Positions 1 through 12,800 of a stretch of DNA of 64,000 nucleotides are shown here, piece after piece. Where the stretch lies: NCBI RefSeq assembly GCF_009914755.1, contig NC_060936.1; one strand, given 5' to 3'. A model generated the notes under the pieces. It had not been told where the DNA came from and did no database searches. It saw only the letters and a list, made by a program, of their open reading frames with translations. The position numbers and the translations under genes are program-made. The stretch comes from the human T2T-CHM13v2.0 reference genome, Homo sapiens. Position 1 is the first letter of the stretch. Each line of letters begins with the position of its first letter.

Positions 1-64
1 GAAGATATAAAAGAAAGAAAAACATAAGAAAGATTCTGTAATTGAATATTTGAATCTTAAAGGT

Positions 65-265
65 GTGCCTGGCACTGTGCTGGAATCATAACAAGAGTTG
101 GCATGTTATCTAATTTAAACCACACCTATGAGGTCAACTCCATTAAAAGGGTAGGAAATGGAAGCATGGAGGTATGAGGAAGATTGCCCAGATTCTCACA
201 GAGAGTAATTGGTAGTCTGGAATTCAAATCCAAGTCTATGTGGCTAGAGTTCAAGTTCCTTTCAC
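65..265 (-). mobile_element. MIR SINE, degenerate
   Basis: gtgcctggcactgtgct...ggaattcaaatccaagtct resembles the reverse complement of the MIR consensus. Confidence 0.55.
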
Positions 266-544
266 AGGTATGTATCACCCTTATTTTATGTTGAAAGGAA
301 GCACGCAGAAGTCTGGGAATAAACAGGCCTCAAGAAGACAGTTTTTTAAATCCTATTTTGCGCTCACTTCCATTTCAAAACTTTTTAACATGTATGTGGA
401 CTGTAGGGAATTTGGACATGTGAAAACAGCCTACTTGGGTGAACTTTCAGATTAATTAGTCTTTCTCTTGTTCATTCTTTTTCATTCTTTCTCTTATTAA
501 TTCATCTGCTATAACTAAATTTATATAAATAAGTATTTTTAAAA

Positions 545-740
545 TCTGTGGCCAGATTGGATGGGTATCCATCTGTATTTACTAATTTTGTGATTTGGGG
601 GCAAAAAGCAATAACCAGTTTGTACCTCAATTTCCTCATTCCTAATATGGAGATAATTATAATAGCTACCTCACATGTTTGTAGAGCAGTCTTAGTTCAG
701 AGTGAACACTCAGTGAGGTTTAGATTGTAATATACATAAT
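545..740 (+). mobile_element. MIR SINE, degenerate
   Basis: cctcaatttcctcattcctaatatggagataattataatagctacctcac matches the MIR core. Confidence 0.6.
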
Positions 741-745
741 GATAA

Positions 746-1362
746 TGAAGCGGCGTCATTTGTCTGAGGTAATACCCAAGGTCCCTTGTCTCACACCAAG
801 GAAATTAAGGACGCTGACACACCAGAGTGAGGTTAAGAGCAGAAGTTTAATAGGCGAAAGAAAGAGAAAAGCTCTGTTGCTACAGAGAGGGGCCCCAGAG
901 AAAATAGGTTGCCACTTCCGCGGTGAAGTGCAGGAGGTTTTAGAGATGAGCTTGAGGAGGCGGTGTTTGATTTACATAGGGCACAAAAGATTGGTCGGAC
1001 CAGGTGTGCTATTTGCATAGTACATGAAAATCTGGCCACCCATACTCTAATCTTTTATTATGCAGATGAGTTTTCTACCTGGCTGGCGTCATGTTGCCTG
1101 CTTCTTTTACTGTACATGTGGTGACAAAGAAAAGGGAAGATAGACCCTCCATGTTCAACATACCTGGCCCCCAGGTAGCCTTTATCTATTGGAACAAATG
1201 CTTCCAGCTTGCTTATCTATGTCTGCAGCTCGATTTTTTCAGGCTGCTCCTTGTTAGAAAAGAAATAATTTGGGGGCTGCTTTTTATTAGAAGGGAAATC
1301 TTGCCAAGGACTCTTTTACCTTCCCTATTTGCCTAAATAATTTCTTTCTAGCTCCTGTGTCA
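746..1362 (-). mobile_element. ERV1 solo LTR, LTR9 family
   Basis: TG...CA termini; minus strand begins tgacacaggagctagaaagaaattatttaggca and ends gacgccgcttca as in LTR9; imperfect 4-bp TSD ataa/atat. Confidence 0.8.
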
Positions 1363-3454
1363 ATATTGATAGCAGTTATGATGTTTTTTTCTGTAAGAAT
1401 TCAAATATGCCAAAAATATGACCTATTGATTCACACAGCCACTTGAAAAATATACAGAATACAGAATTATAATCATAATGATTAGTTTCAAATTAGCCTA
1501 GTGGGAATAGAGGGAATTCTTCCTTGGTTTTTAGTGGAATTTCACATTCAGTATTTTTCTTTTAACTTTAAAAAAGGAAAACAAAGTAAATATGATTATT
1601 GACTTTGAGGCATTTCCAACCTAATTCCTTGTTATATAAACCGCATTTTTCTAAATTTTAATCTTTATAATATTCAAATAAAGTTTTTCCAAGCAAAAAT
1701 AATATTTTTAAAAGAAGTACAGCACTTTTAAATTTTTTTATATCTTCATTTCAAACCCATATATCTCTTGGTTAAAAAAAAGATAATTACAGTTTTAAGT
1801 AAAAATAAATGATTCAATAGATGATAAATATAACCTCAAAATACTGAAATATACCAAAGAAATTTAATGTATTTATTACAAACTAGACATACCTGTAAAA
1901 TAATAGAAGTTTTAGATCAGGAAGATAAATTAATGATATGAAAATAAAATAAATGAATTAGAAAATCTACACATATGAATTAATATTTCTCTAGGGAGAG
2001 AAATTCTTATACCCTAAAAAAAGAACACGTATTCTTTTGACGTTCTCATGGATCAGTCACAAAGAATGACTGCTTCCTGTGTCACAAAGAAAGTTGAAAA
2101 TAATTTCAGACTCAGTATCATACATAGCCATTTATCTGACTACAAGACAGTTAAGTAAAACATTTACAAAAAAATAATTTTTAATCTATATTTGAAACTA
2201 AATTAATACATATCTAAATATCACACAGATTAATATGAAGAATCTCAATGAAAACTATATAACAGAATTGAATGATATCAAAGCACCTTTTATAAAATTT
2301 TGATAAAGTTACATAAAGGTAAGGTTAGAGGCCTAAAATATATATCCTCAAATATAAACATAGTAAGCATTTACTTGAGAAGCTGGAAAAAGTACAATAG
2401 AGAAAATCTAATGACATAATGAGATCTCATTTGTGACCAAATTATGTGTGAGCTATTCACTGGCAGGCAGAGAGGATATTTATGTGCATGAAACACTTTT
2501 GGAGAAAATATGGAATTGACGGACAAACCAAAACACCCCTTTAAGTGGAGAAATAGACCACATTAGTAGGGTTCAAGACTATATTATAAAACTATATTAT
2601 AAAACAATTTCTAAATTGATTGAATCAATTTCTAAATTCAAAACTTCAGAAAATTCTTAAATGAAATTTGAGTAGAGAACAACACCTGGGATTTCAACAG
2701 AAACCCTAAAGAAGCTGCAGTAAACTAGACTCTCCCAACAAAACGTTTTTTAAAAAGTTTTGAAACATCAAATTAAACTACATTACAGAAAAAGAAAAAT
2801 CCCAGCCCTTATAAAATTAAACCAAGTAAATACATTTAATAATGTAACATTCACAATACCCGATATTCAGTTAAAAATTACTAGGCAGAAAAAAGCAACC
2901 CATAACCAGGAGAAGGATCCATTATTAGAAACACACATATAAATAAAAATGGATATAATTAGCAGACAAGAACTTTTAATATAGCTATTAAAATATGTTA
3001 ACAGGGGAAACAAATATAAATATTACTGGAAACTACAAACAATTAAAATAAACTTCTAAAGCTAAAACCCATAATAGCTGAAATCAGAATGCTACTGGAT
3101 GCAATTAAGAGCAAATTAGACACTGGAGAAGAAACAAATCAGCAAACTTAAAGAACAGGAATAGAAATGATCTAAAACTGAAGCATAGAGAGAAAACAGG
3201 CCTGAAAACACAATAAAGATTCTCAGTGACCTGGGAGATCAATTCACATTGTTTATCATAAGTGTAATCAAATTACAGAACTAGGGGTGGAGGAGGGCAG
3301 AAAAAATACTTGAAATAATGTCCAAATATTTCTATTTGAAAAATATGAATCTATAGATTCAAGAATCTCAAAGAAATCTAGGCAGATAAGTGCACACGCA
3401 TGCATACACACTATCATTACTCTCACTTTTGTAGCTACAATAATTTCTGCATAA

Positions 3455-3459
3455 GCACA

Positions 3460-3492
<33 letters not shown>
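3455..3492. repeat. (CA)n microsatellite
   Basis: Direct reading. Confidence 0.95.
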
Positions 3493-4101
3493 CCCTATAC
3501 CAAGGCATATCATGATCAATTGCTTGCATAATCAAGGCAAGTCACTGATAAAGATAACAATTTTAAAGGCAACCAAGAAGAGAGATACCTGTTCTGGGGA
3601 TGACAGAAAAGAAAATATTCTGGCTACTATTCAGAAACAGTGCAAACCAACTGAAAATAGAATGACACATTCAAAGTGCTGAAAGCACTTCCTCAAACTG
3701 ACCAAAAGCAATTACGAAAAAAGCTGGAGCTAATATTATGCTCAATGGTGAAATATTGAAGGCTTTCACCCTAATATCAAGAAAAAGTCAAGGATGCCTG
3801 CTCTCACAACTTGTATTCAACATTCTACTGGTGTTTCTAGCCTTTATGATAAGGCAAGAAAAAGAAATGAATGGAATATATTGTGTAAAGGAAGAAATAA
3901 AACTGCTTATGTGAGTAGAGAAAAATATATCATGTATGAGAAAAATCTTAAGAAATCTACCAAAAAAGCTACTAGATATAACAAGTAGCTTTAAAAAAAG
4001 AGTCAAAGGATATAAAGTCAAGATACAAAAATCTACTTCTACATACTAGTAATGAACAACTGGAATATTGCAGTTAAAAATACCATTAACAATAGCATCC
4101 A

Positions 4102-4271
4102 GGGGGAAGGGAGAGCATCAGGATAAATAGCTAATGCATGAGGGGCTTAATACCTAGGTGATGGGTTGGTAGGTGCAGCAAACCACCATAGCACACACTT
4201 ACCTATGTAACAAACCTGCAAGTCCTCACAGGTATCCCAGAACTTAAAATTAAATTAAATTAAATTTGTAA
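4102..4271 (+). mobile_element. 5'-truncated L1PA 3' end with target-site duplication
   Basis: aatacctaggtgatgggttggtaggtgcagcaaaccaccat...acctatgtaacaaacctgca; flanked by aatagcatcca / aaaagcatcca. Confidence 0.85.
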
Positions 4272-5031
4272 AAAAGCATCCACAAACATGAAAAGTTTAG
4301 GATACATTTAACAAAATCTGTGCAAGATCGATATACTTAAAAGCCACTAAACATTAATGATGGGAATTAAGATTAAAATAAATTTCTCCAAAATTCATTT
4401 TCATAAACTCAAAACTCAATATTGTTAAGATGTTAATTCTCTTCATATTGATTTACAGATTTGGTGAAATCTCAATAAAAATTCCATAGGACTTTTTTAA
4501 AGAAATTGATGAACTAGTTTTATAGTTTATATGGTGCAAAAGACCTAAAGTGACTAAACACTTTAAAATAGAACAAAATTGAAAGATTTACACTATAGAT
4601 CTATAGATTCATTTACAGAAAAAAAGGTCCAAAAATAAACTTGCACACAGATGGTAAATTGGTTTTCAACAAAGATGATAAAATAATTCAACAGGGAACA
4701 TATAGTCTTTCCAAAAACAGTATTGGAACAACTAGATGTCTATACGAAAAATCACGAATCATCACCTTTATACAAATACCCACAAAGATTAAATTGAAAT
4801 GGATCTGAGACCTAAATGTAAAGGCTAAAACTATTTAGCTTATGGGGATAAAAGTAAGAAAAATTCTTCATGAACTTTCAATAAGCAAAGATTTCTTAGT
4901 ATACAAACCAAAAATAAAACATCGAGGAAAAACTTGATAAATTATCCTTCATCAAAGTATAATTTCTTGCTCTTCAAAAGACACTGTTAAGAAAATAAAA
5001 TAAAATAAAATAAAAATAAAAAAGAAAATAA

Positions 5032-5344
5032 GGCCAGGTATGGTCTCTCATGCCTATAATCTCAGCACTTTGGGAAGCCAAGGTGAGAGGGTCAATTGAG
5101 CCCAGGAATTTGAGACCAGCGTGGGCAACACAGGGAAACCCCATCTCTACAAAAAATTTAGAAATCAGCTAGGTGTGATGGCACATGCCTGTGATCCCAG
5201 CTACTGGGGAGGTTGAGGTGGGAGGATTGCTTCTTGAACCCAGGAGGTCAAGGCTGCAGTGAATTATGATCATGCCATTGCACTCCAGCCTGAACAACTG
5301 AGTGAGACTCTATCTCTAAATAAATAAATAAGCAAATAAATAAA
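5032..5344 (+). mobile_element. Alu, AluJ-like
   Basis: Dimeric Alu from ggccagg to an (AAAT)n tail; aggattgct...gaggtcaaggctgcagtg is J-type. Confidence 0.92.
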
Positions 5345-7186
5345 TGAGATGGAAAGTCAAGCCACAGGCTGGAAGAATAGCAGAAAATATTCACAATACA
5401 TGTAATAGGATACAAGTCCTGGTACTTATATCCAGAATATATGTATATTTACAAAGTATAACACACACACACACAGATAGCCAGTATGTCAAATGATATT
5501 TAGCACCAATACAAAAGATGTTCAATACCATTAGTTATCAAGGAAATGCAAATTAAAATCATGAGATACCATCACACACCCAATGGGATGATTAAAATTA
5601 AAATTATCAAAATATCAAGTCATCTTGGTAAGGATTTGGAGCAGCTGGAACTGGAAGTATAAAATGGTACAATCCACTTGGAAAACAGTTTGGCAGTTTC
5701 TCGTAAAGTTAAACATACTACCATTATTACCATACTACCCAACATTACCACTCCTAGTCATGTATCTAAGAGAAATTAAAATATACTTTCAGAAAAGAAG
5801 TTGTATTAATGTTCTTAGCAGCTTTATTCATAACGGACAAAAATATAGGGTCCAAATGACAATCAACAGGAGTGGATAAACAAGTTGTGGTCTATTTGAG
5901 CAATGAAATACAAATTGGCAATAAAATAGGAATAAACTACTAATACACACAAGAGCAGGGAGAATTCTCAAAAACATACGCTGAGTGAAAGAAGACAGAC
6001 ACAAAAGAGTACCTACTGTAAGAATCCATTCTATGAAGTTCTGGAATAGTTCAAACTAATCCATAGTGATAGAAATTGAATAAATGATGACTACTTGGGG
6101 TATGGTATAAGTGGGGAACTGAATTTAGTCGACCAAAGGGAACATTTTGGGAATGATGAAAGTGTTCTCTATCTTGAATGGAGTGCTGTTTACACAGGCA
6201 TATTCATGTGTAAAATCCCTTAAGTTGTATACATACAATGATTGTATTATTTTATGTATACTATAAACCAATACAATTTACTAAACAGAAAAATAATGAA
6301 AAAATAGTTTTGAGACATTTGTATGCCATTCATATAGTGTTTAAAAAATACAACAGGTAGTACATTTTTTGTGGATGCATCCATCTTAGTACAGACATAA
6401 AATCAAGGGAATGAATGGGAATGTAAAAATTCACATCAGAATCATGGTTTCCCCTGGCAAGGGAGCAATGCAGGTATGGAGATAGATTGTGATGGAATCA
6501 GATTGGGATACACAAGGGCTTCCAATGCATTTGTAAATTTTTGTTTTAAAATTTGAAGCCTATCTGTCAACATTGTCAGATTTGCTAAAATTAAGTAATG
6601 AGTAAAATATTTATTGTATTATGCTTTATAGTTTTTTGTTTGATGAATTTTATAATTAAAAAAACAGGTAATTTTAAATTTTAATGATTTATTAAAATAA
6701 ATGACATAAAGTGTTTATGGATTATTTTCACAATAATAATAATTCAAGCTCTCCTGGTTGAATGAGTACAACACTGAGAAAAATATTTACTTACTTCTGT
6801 TATATGCTTACTCCATTCCCAAAGCACTAACAATCAGTCTTTTAAACATTTTAAACATTAAAACTTGATATGCTCCAAGTTCTTCCCAAAGAATTAATTA
6901 TGCTCCTATTCACTTAGTATTTATAACCCCATGAACTGCCTTGAAAAATATGATGAATTCACTTGCTGGACTCTGACACTGGAACACAGAGTTGGTTTCA
7001 TCAATCTGAGTGTACTACATTCACAAAGTTGGTAAATAGTAACAGGATTAGTACTGACTCCCTGGGCTATTAAATCAGAAGTTTTACCTACTTACGTGTT
7101 AAAGATTATACTTAAAATTGTGATATGAATAATTGTGATACATTTAAAATTGTAATAATTTTATTTACTGTAATTAATAATAATCT

Positions 7187-7431
7187 TCTTTATTGAATCA
7201 TTACCATGTGCCGGGCACTCTTCTAAGGGCTTTACAAATATTAATTCATTAACCTCATGACAATTCTCGGATAATAGCACTAGGTGCTATTATCTGCCTT
7301 TTACAGATAGGGAAACCAAAGCAAAAAGAGGTTAAATAAACTGCCCTAGATTATACATTAAGTAAATGAAAGAGCCTAGACTTGAACACAGGAAGTCTGG
7401 CTTCAGAGCCTGTAGTGTTTGCCACCATATC
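7187..7431 (-). mobile_element. MIR SINE
   Basis: Near full-length reverse MIR: atgtgccgggcact...ttttacagatagggaaac...gtctggcttcagagcc. Confidence 0.8.
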
Positions 7432-9359
7432 CTGTTATGTTACATGGAGACCACTAGATATATGATAATATCTACTTGGACGTAGTACATACACATAAAC
7501 TCTATGCCCTCTTTCAAGAACAGAAGCTTATGGATAGTATCTGTAATAGCTATTTTATGCAAATTAAGTTATTCATGTCATATAGTCAGTGATAGTGCCA
7601 GCCTTTGTATTTGGGTGTCTAGTACTATACTCTTTCTCTTATTCACTATCTCATCCAATATACATTTGGTCCAAACCAAATTGTATGGTTTGTTTGCTCC
7701 AACTCTACACTTGCCAGATTTAAATCTAAAGCTCTGAAACGCTGAGATTTAAGTCTAAATCTCAGCTCTGATCATTTCACTGATCTATTCAGTAGCCCTT
7801 CATTGACTATTAAATTAAACTCACTTTTTAAAAATATCTTCCCACAGTATTCTTTTTTCTAGAACTAAACCAAATTAGAATATTTGCTGCTTACTAAAAC
7901 ACATCCTACATGTTCCCAAATACCATGCTTTGGCTCCTACATTTCCCTCAATAACTAAGACCTTTCTTAGAACTGAATTCTGAAGGCGTTTTTGCAGGTT
8001 CTTATCCACTGGCATTCTCCATTTACTAGATTGTCAACTGGTTGTGAACAAAGACCAAGTTATTCTCATAATTTTATCCACGTAACACTTAAATAACATC
8101 TTACTCATGACAGAAACTTAAACAAAATGTTCAATTGACAGTTTGCCTTAGCAGAAGTAAAATAATGTCTGTGTGACAGTGTATTTTCCTACCAATTCAC
8201 GCATGCTAAAATATCTTTGCAGTCAGGGAACAAACAAACACTTGTAGATCAAAGATAAATGAAGGTGAAAGAGCAGGGAAAACTGGCATACAGTGATTAA
8301 TGTATCATTTGCTCAGGATTATCAGTTATCCACAATGTAACCAGGAACTTGATAGTGTGTAAAAATCCTTTAAACAACTGAAGCCAACAAAAAAGAATTC
8401 TGTATAATTGAGCAACTTATTAAAAAGTAGTTCATCAACAGTCTTTTTTTCTTACATTATAAATACTTCAACAAACTTGGTTTTCCAGGTCATGGCAATC
8501 CAGAAACAGCAAAATTGATGGCTTATATACTTATTTTGTGCACAAACACACACACACACACTTCCTTATTAACAACACATATATCTTCAAAACCTAAAAA
8601 TTTGGGACCATTTATTGAAATCCAACATATTTCAATAGCCACTGGATAAAAAAAAAATATTACAACACCAGCCTCTGCATCTTTAAGAAAACATTTTTTT
8701 TTCTCTTTCAATTACATTATGTTTACTGTTTAAGGAGACAGAAATGGGTTTGACATATTATTTAAAAGATCTCATCAAAACTTATTAGACTGAAAAGGTA
8801 GGGTAAGGCAGTTTCAGAAGAAAGCTGGAACAAGATATCCCACAGGGCTGAAGCAGGTGGTAGAGATGCAGAGGCAGATCTGGATTCAGTTGCCAATGTG
8901 CACATGCATGGAGGCAGACAGCAGGTCCAGAGAGTACAGTAATGAGCAACAGATGGTGAACCCAGCTAGGACACATGAGAGTAGACTAGCAAGAGGTAGC
9001 ATATCATAACAGGCAGGTGAAGCAAGGCTAAAGAGAATCCAGGAACTGGCACTAGGCAGGTCCAAGTGGCAGGGAAGCAGGTCAGCAGGGAGCAAGATTC
9101 TACTCGCCAGCTAGACTCAGTGGTGGCTCACTTCCTCAGGGTGATATGCAAAGTAGAGACCCAGATGGGTTTCAATGGCCCCTCATATCCTGCATATGAA
9201 TATATAGAGATATATATATACACACACACACACACACATATATATAAATATCGTTTACAGTGCCTAAGAGTACTAAATAAATGGTAACTCAGTGAGTACA
9301 TGAATGAATTTTTCAATGTTTTAAGTAATTTAGGGTACTAAAGACATTTTAGAGGCAGG

Positions 9360-10200
9360 GAATCATCAAAATCAGGTACCAAAAATGTATTACCACTAAT
9401 CTAACCAAAGCAGTAATAAAGTAAACAAAAATAACATAAGTCAAAATTCCCATTATTTGGTACAAAAATATTGCATACCTAGAAAATACAGATAAATAGA
9501 CTGAAAAAGATATATACGTAATAAGAAATTCTCTAATGCAGGTGACTGCAAAATAAATATATAAAAATCATAAGTAGTCAATTAACATGAGTGAAAGATA
9601 AAATAGGAAAAATTAGTTCACTGACAATGTCCAAACTATAATAAAATATTGAGAGGCTAAACTTATAGTGCATTTCTAAAGAATACTATAACATAGGGAA
9701 ATGCAAAATATGATTTTTTTAAGTAAGAGAGGCCTATTATAAAGAACATCATTATTCTCCAATTACTTCATAGGTTTAGTATGCCAATTTAAAAGTCTTC
9801 ATAACATTTAATTGTTCCAAATTTGAAAAAAAAAAAGTTAAGTTCATCTGGAAGAATAAATGAGAAATGGGTTTCAAAATTCAGAAAATAAAAATGATGA
9901 AAAAAGAACTGCCCTTTCATGTATTAAAATGGTTTATTATCTAAACAAGTTAAAAGTATATTATTGAGATAACATACTTTATCTCAATGAAAGCAACCAA
10001 GGCCTCAATGAAACACACAGGTTTTTCTAACACAGTCTGTGTTAAAAGATTTTAATAGTAAGGAAATATCACCCACCAGTGGAAAAAACAAAAGTTATTA
10101 AGTAAATGATAGTAGGGAACTAAATGATTGTAGGTAAGGAAAATAATGGAGTCGTGTAAGATATAACCTCATCACCAGTAACCAAAATGGATTACGGAGA
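9360..10200 (+). mobile_element. Very old L1M ORF2 fragment
   Basis: A-rich with degenerate L1 motifs (tacctagaaaat, aagttcatctggaagaataaa). Confidence 0.5.
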
Positions 10201-10471
10201 AAATAAATCTTAGTATGTCCCAAGGCCTTGTTTCTCTTTAAAGTCCATAAATAATTTCCCCCTTCTCAGGGTAATTAATGTCCAGTGAATCCTCCAACCC
10301 CAATTTTAGATATTTACATTTTCTCCACAATTTATCAGAATTCAAAGATGTGTATCAAGAAACTAAACCTAAAGTTTAGGTCAATAGACTACTTTGAGTA
10401 GCCTTACTTCCTGGTACAACAAATTTAATAAAAGCAGCCTATAATATAATCTGTTATAATTAGGAAGGACT

Positions 10472-10882
10472 TGTTAAAATAAAATAAAATAAAATAAAAT
10501 AAAATGAAAACCAGGTTTGAAAAATTTCTAAGCAGACAAACCCAGCTAGCCTTGAAAGTAACCTTAATCTTGCTTGGACTGCAAACATAAGCAAAACAAG
10601 TTGGGCCATTTATTGTAAATGCCAGAATCATTAAAAAGAAAACAAGTTCAACAAATCAGAAGCTGCCAGCAATGGAACAGACCAAATAGAGCAACTATAT
10701 AAGTGTAACCACTCAAATATTTTCAATTTCTTGCTTCCCAGTCATGCTATAAAAGCCTTCCACTTGGATTTCTTTAGTAGAGCTCAAGACGTCCTTCAAT
10801 TTGGTGTTTCCCAAATGTATGTACCACTGTTTGCCCAAATAAACTCTAAAATTTGTATAGTGTCTCAGTTTATCTTTTAACA
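10472..10882 (+). mobile_element. ERV1 (MER4-group-like) solo LTR
   Basis: Perfect 8-bp inverted termini TGTTAAAA...TTTTAACA; TSD gact/gacc; internal TATAAAA at 10748 and AATAAA at 10838. Confidence 0.75.
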
Positions 10883-12604
10883 GACCTTATTTGTATAATG
10901 GAATTTCCCAGGCAATTGAAGCTTATTTTTGGGAGCAAGCTACCTGGTTTCCTGCTCCAACATCCTCGTCTCTATATTTTAGAAGCAACTCAATCTAACC
11001 AGAAAGCTCAGCCTCACTCTGGAAAGAACTTAGTCCTTATCTAGGAAAATATTATATTCCTTCAGTACTCTTAGATCAACATCAAGAAAATCTTTCTGTA
11101 AATGTAGTGCATGCCTTGTTTCCCAGTCCTAGAAACTAAGATTTGGTCTTATTCACCAGATGCACTTCTTCTACTTGTGCCTAAATTACTGATTTTATTT
11201 TATTGTCTCAAATATTTATTTTCTCATTACAAAATATAAAATTATTATACAATTTGTACAAATGACAGAAAAATCTAAAAAGTAAAATGAAATTATATCA
11301 CGTTAAACTCTAGTACCTAAGGGTAACTCTTATTAACAATTTGGAGTGATGTTTCCAATCCTTTTTTTTCTGGTCATGGTCACTAAAAGAAATGTAAGAT
11401 TTCATGAAGATACCTAGTGACATAATTGGGGGATTTATGGCATTGGTTAGAATTATGACCATTTTGCTTTTAAGGCCTGGGCTTGAATTAAATGAAATTT
11501 ATAAGAAACTATTAAATAAGTGAGTCCATTCAAAAATTGGCTAAATTAACTCAGTTGAAAGAAAAGGCTTGTTTTGCTGAGTTTTTCATGATTATGAAGT
11601 CTTTTCTAAGACAATGAATTACTATTTTTAAAAACATGTTATATTAGTCTTATTTTTTTCAATTTCCTTAAATTTTTTTTGAAATAATATTTCATTTGTC
11701 ATGGGAAACTATAAAGAAATATGTTACATACTTACTTTAATGAACTGTATGCATACTGACTACAATCTAACTCTACCAAACAGGAACTTATTACTTGATT
11801 TTTAAACAATATGCCACATAATCTAGCAGTAGACATTATAGTGATATAGAATACTTTGTACTTAAGTTCTCATAGTATATCAAGGTAGCTGGTTATACAC
11901 CAAGAAAAGGTCCTTATGTTCTAAAGCAAATAAAATTACAATTTGAGAGATGTTTATGCAAATTTAATTCCAATAAAGAATTATTTATAAAACAATATGT
12001 GAGGCTAAGTGATTTATCCTAGCATTTCTTTTCTGTATGTTTGTTTTCACTTTAAATGCACAATATGAAGATCTGGGGCTGATATTAACTCTCTTAGGGA
12101 TATTGTGAACAAAAAGTCAATACATCTGAAGAACTTTAAATAATAACTGGCTAACAGTACTCAATACATACTGGTGGTATTTATCACCTCTATCATCATA
12201 TGAGAATTTGGATTTTACAGTAATTGAATCCTTGATACAGTTTTATTTCTTCTTGACATTGTATTCTAGAACCCATGTTTTAAAGTAGAACTTTAAGGAA
12301 GAAAAGAAGTTGTATTACATACAGTGGCCAAAGTGATATATAATTTAAATGATACTTATTTCTACTAATGTAAAATCATTTAACTGTGTATTTGAAGGTA
12401 AATTTATGCTTACTAAAAGCCAAGATTCATTCCCAGTTGAAATAAAAATAATTTTAGATAGGAAATTTCATTAATCTTCTTTTCATGACATATATTAGAA
12501 TGAGAGAAGGGTTTTTAATCACTTGCTAGCTTTTCTTTTATCTAACTTAACTGTATCTGTCAATCATTGAACATAAAATAGGTGTTGGGCATTGTGCTAG
12601 GCCA

Positions 12605-12800
12605 AAAGTTCTCAGTAGTGGCTGCACATTTTAATCATTTTCCATTTCCCAGGTTATTCTATTGTGCAGCCAGGTTTAAGAACCATTAGGCTGGACACAT
12701 TTAATCTCATCAGAATCCCTACTAGCATTTACAGAAATACTCTGGTTCGGTTGGGCTGCAGTGGATCTTGGGAATCCAAATTTTAACAAGTTCCCCCAGG
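12605..12800. mobile_element. MER5-type hAT DNA transposon fragments
   Basis: gttctcagtagtggctgcacatt...gtgcagccaggtttaagaacca and ttttaacaagttcccccagg. Confidence 0.6.

Larger units (their letters stand above)
1850..6290 (+). mobile_element. Old L1M LINE fragments (ORF1-, ORF2- and 3'UTR-like) with younger nested insertions
   Basis: A-rich strand with L1 signatures, e.g. caaggatgcctgctctcacaacttgtattcaacatt, caaggaaatgcaaattaaaatcatgagatacca, tggaaaacagtttggcagtttc; no intact ORF. Confidence 0.8.

Noticed and set aside
739-1336. Short ORFs of 68-93 aa
   Set aside because: Lie within the LTR9 solo LTR; no gag/pol/env similarity seen
2578-2638. Micro-duplications (actatattataaa x2, caatttctaaatt x2; also aggaaagtgaataactt x2 near 53930-53987 and catgtcc x3 near 61264)
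   Set aside because: Ordinary slippage events in or near decayed repeats; no array or spacer structure
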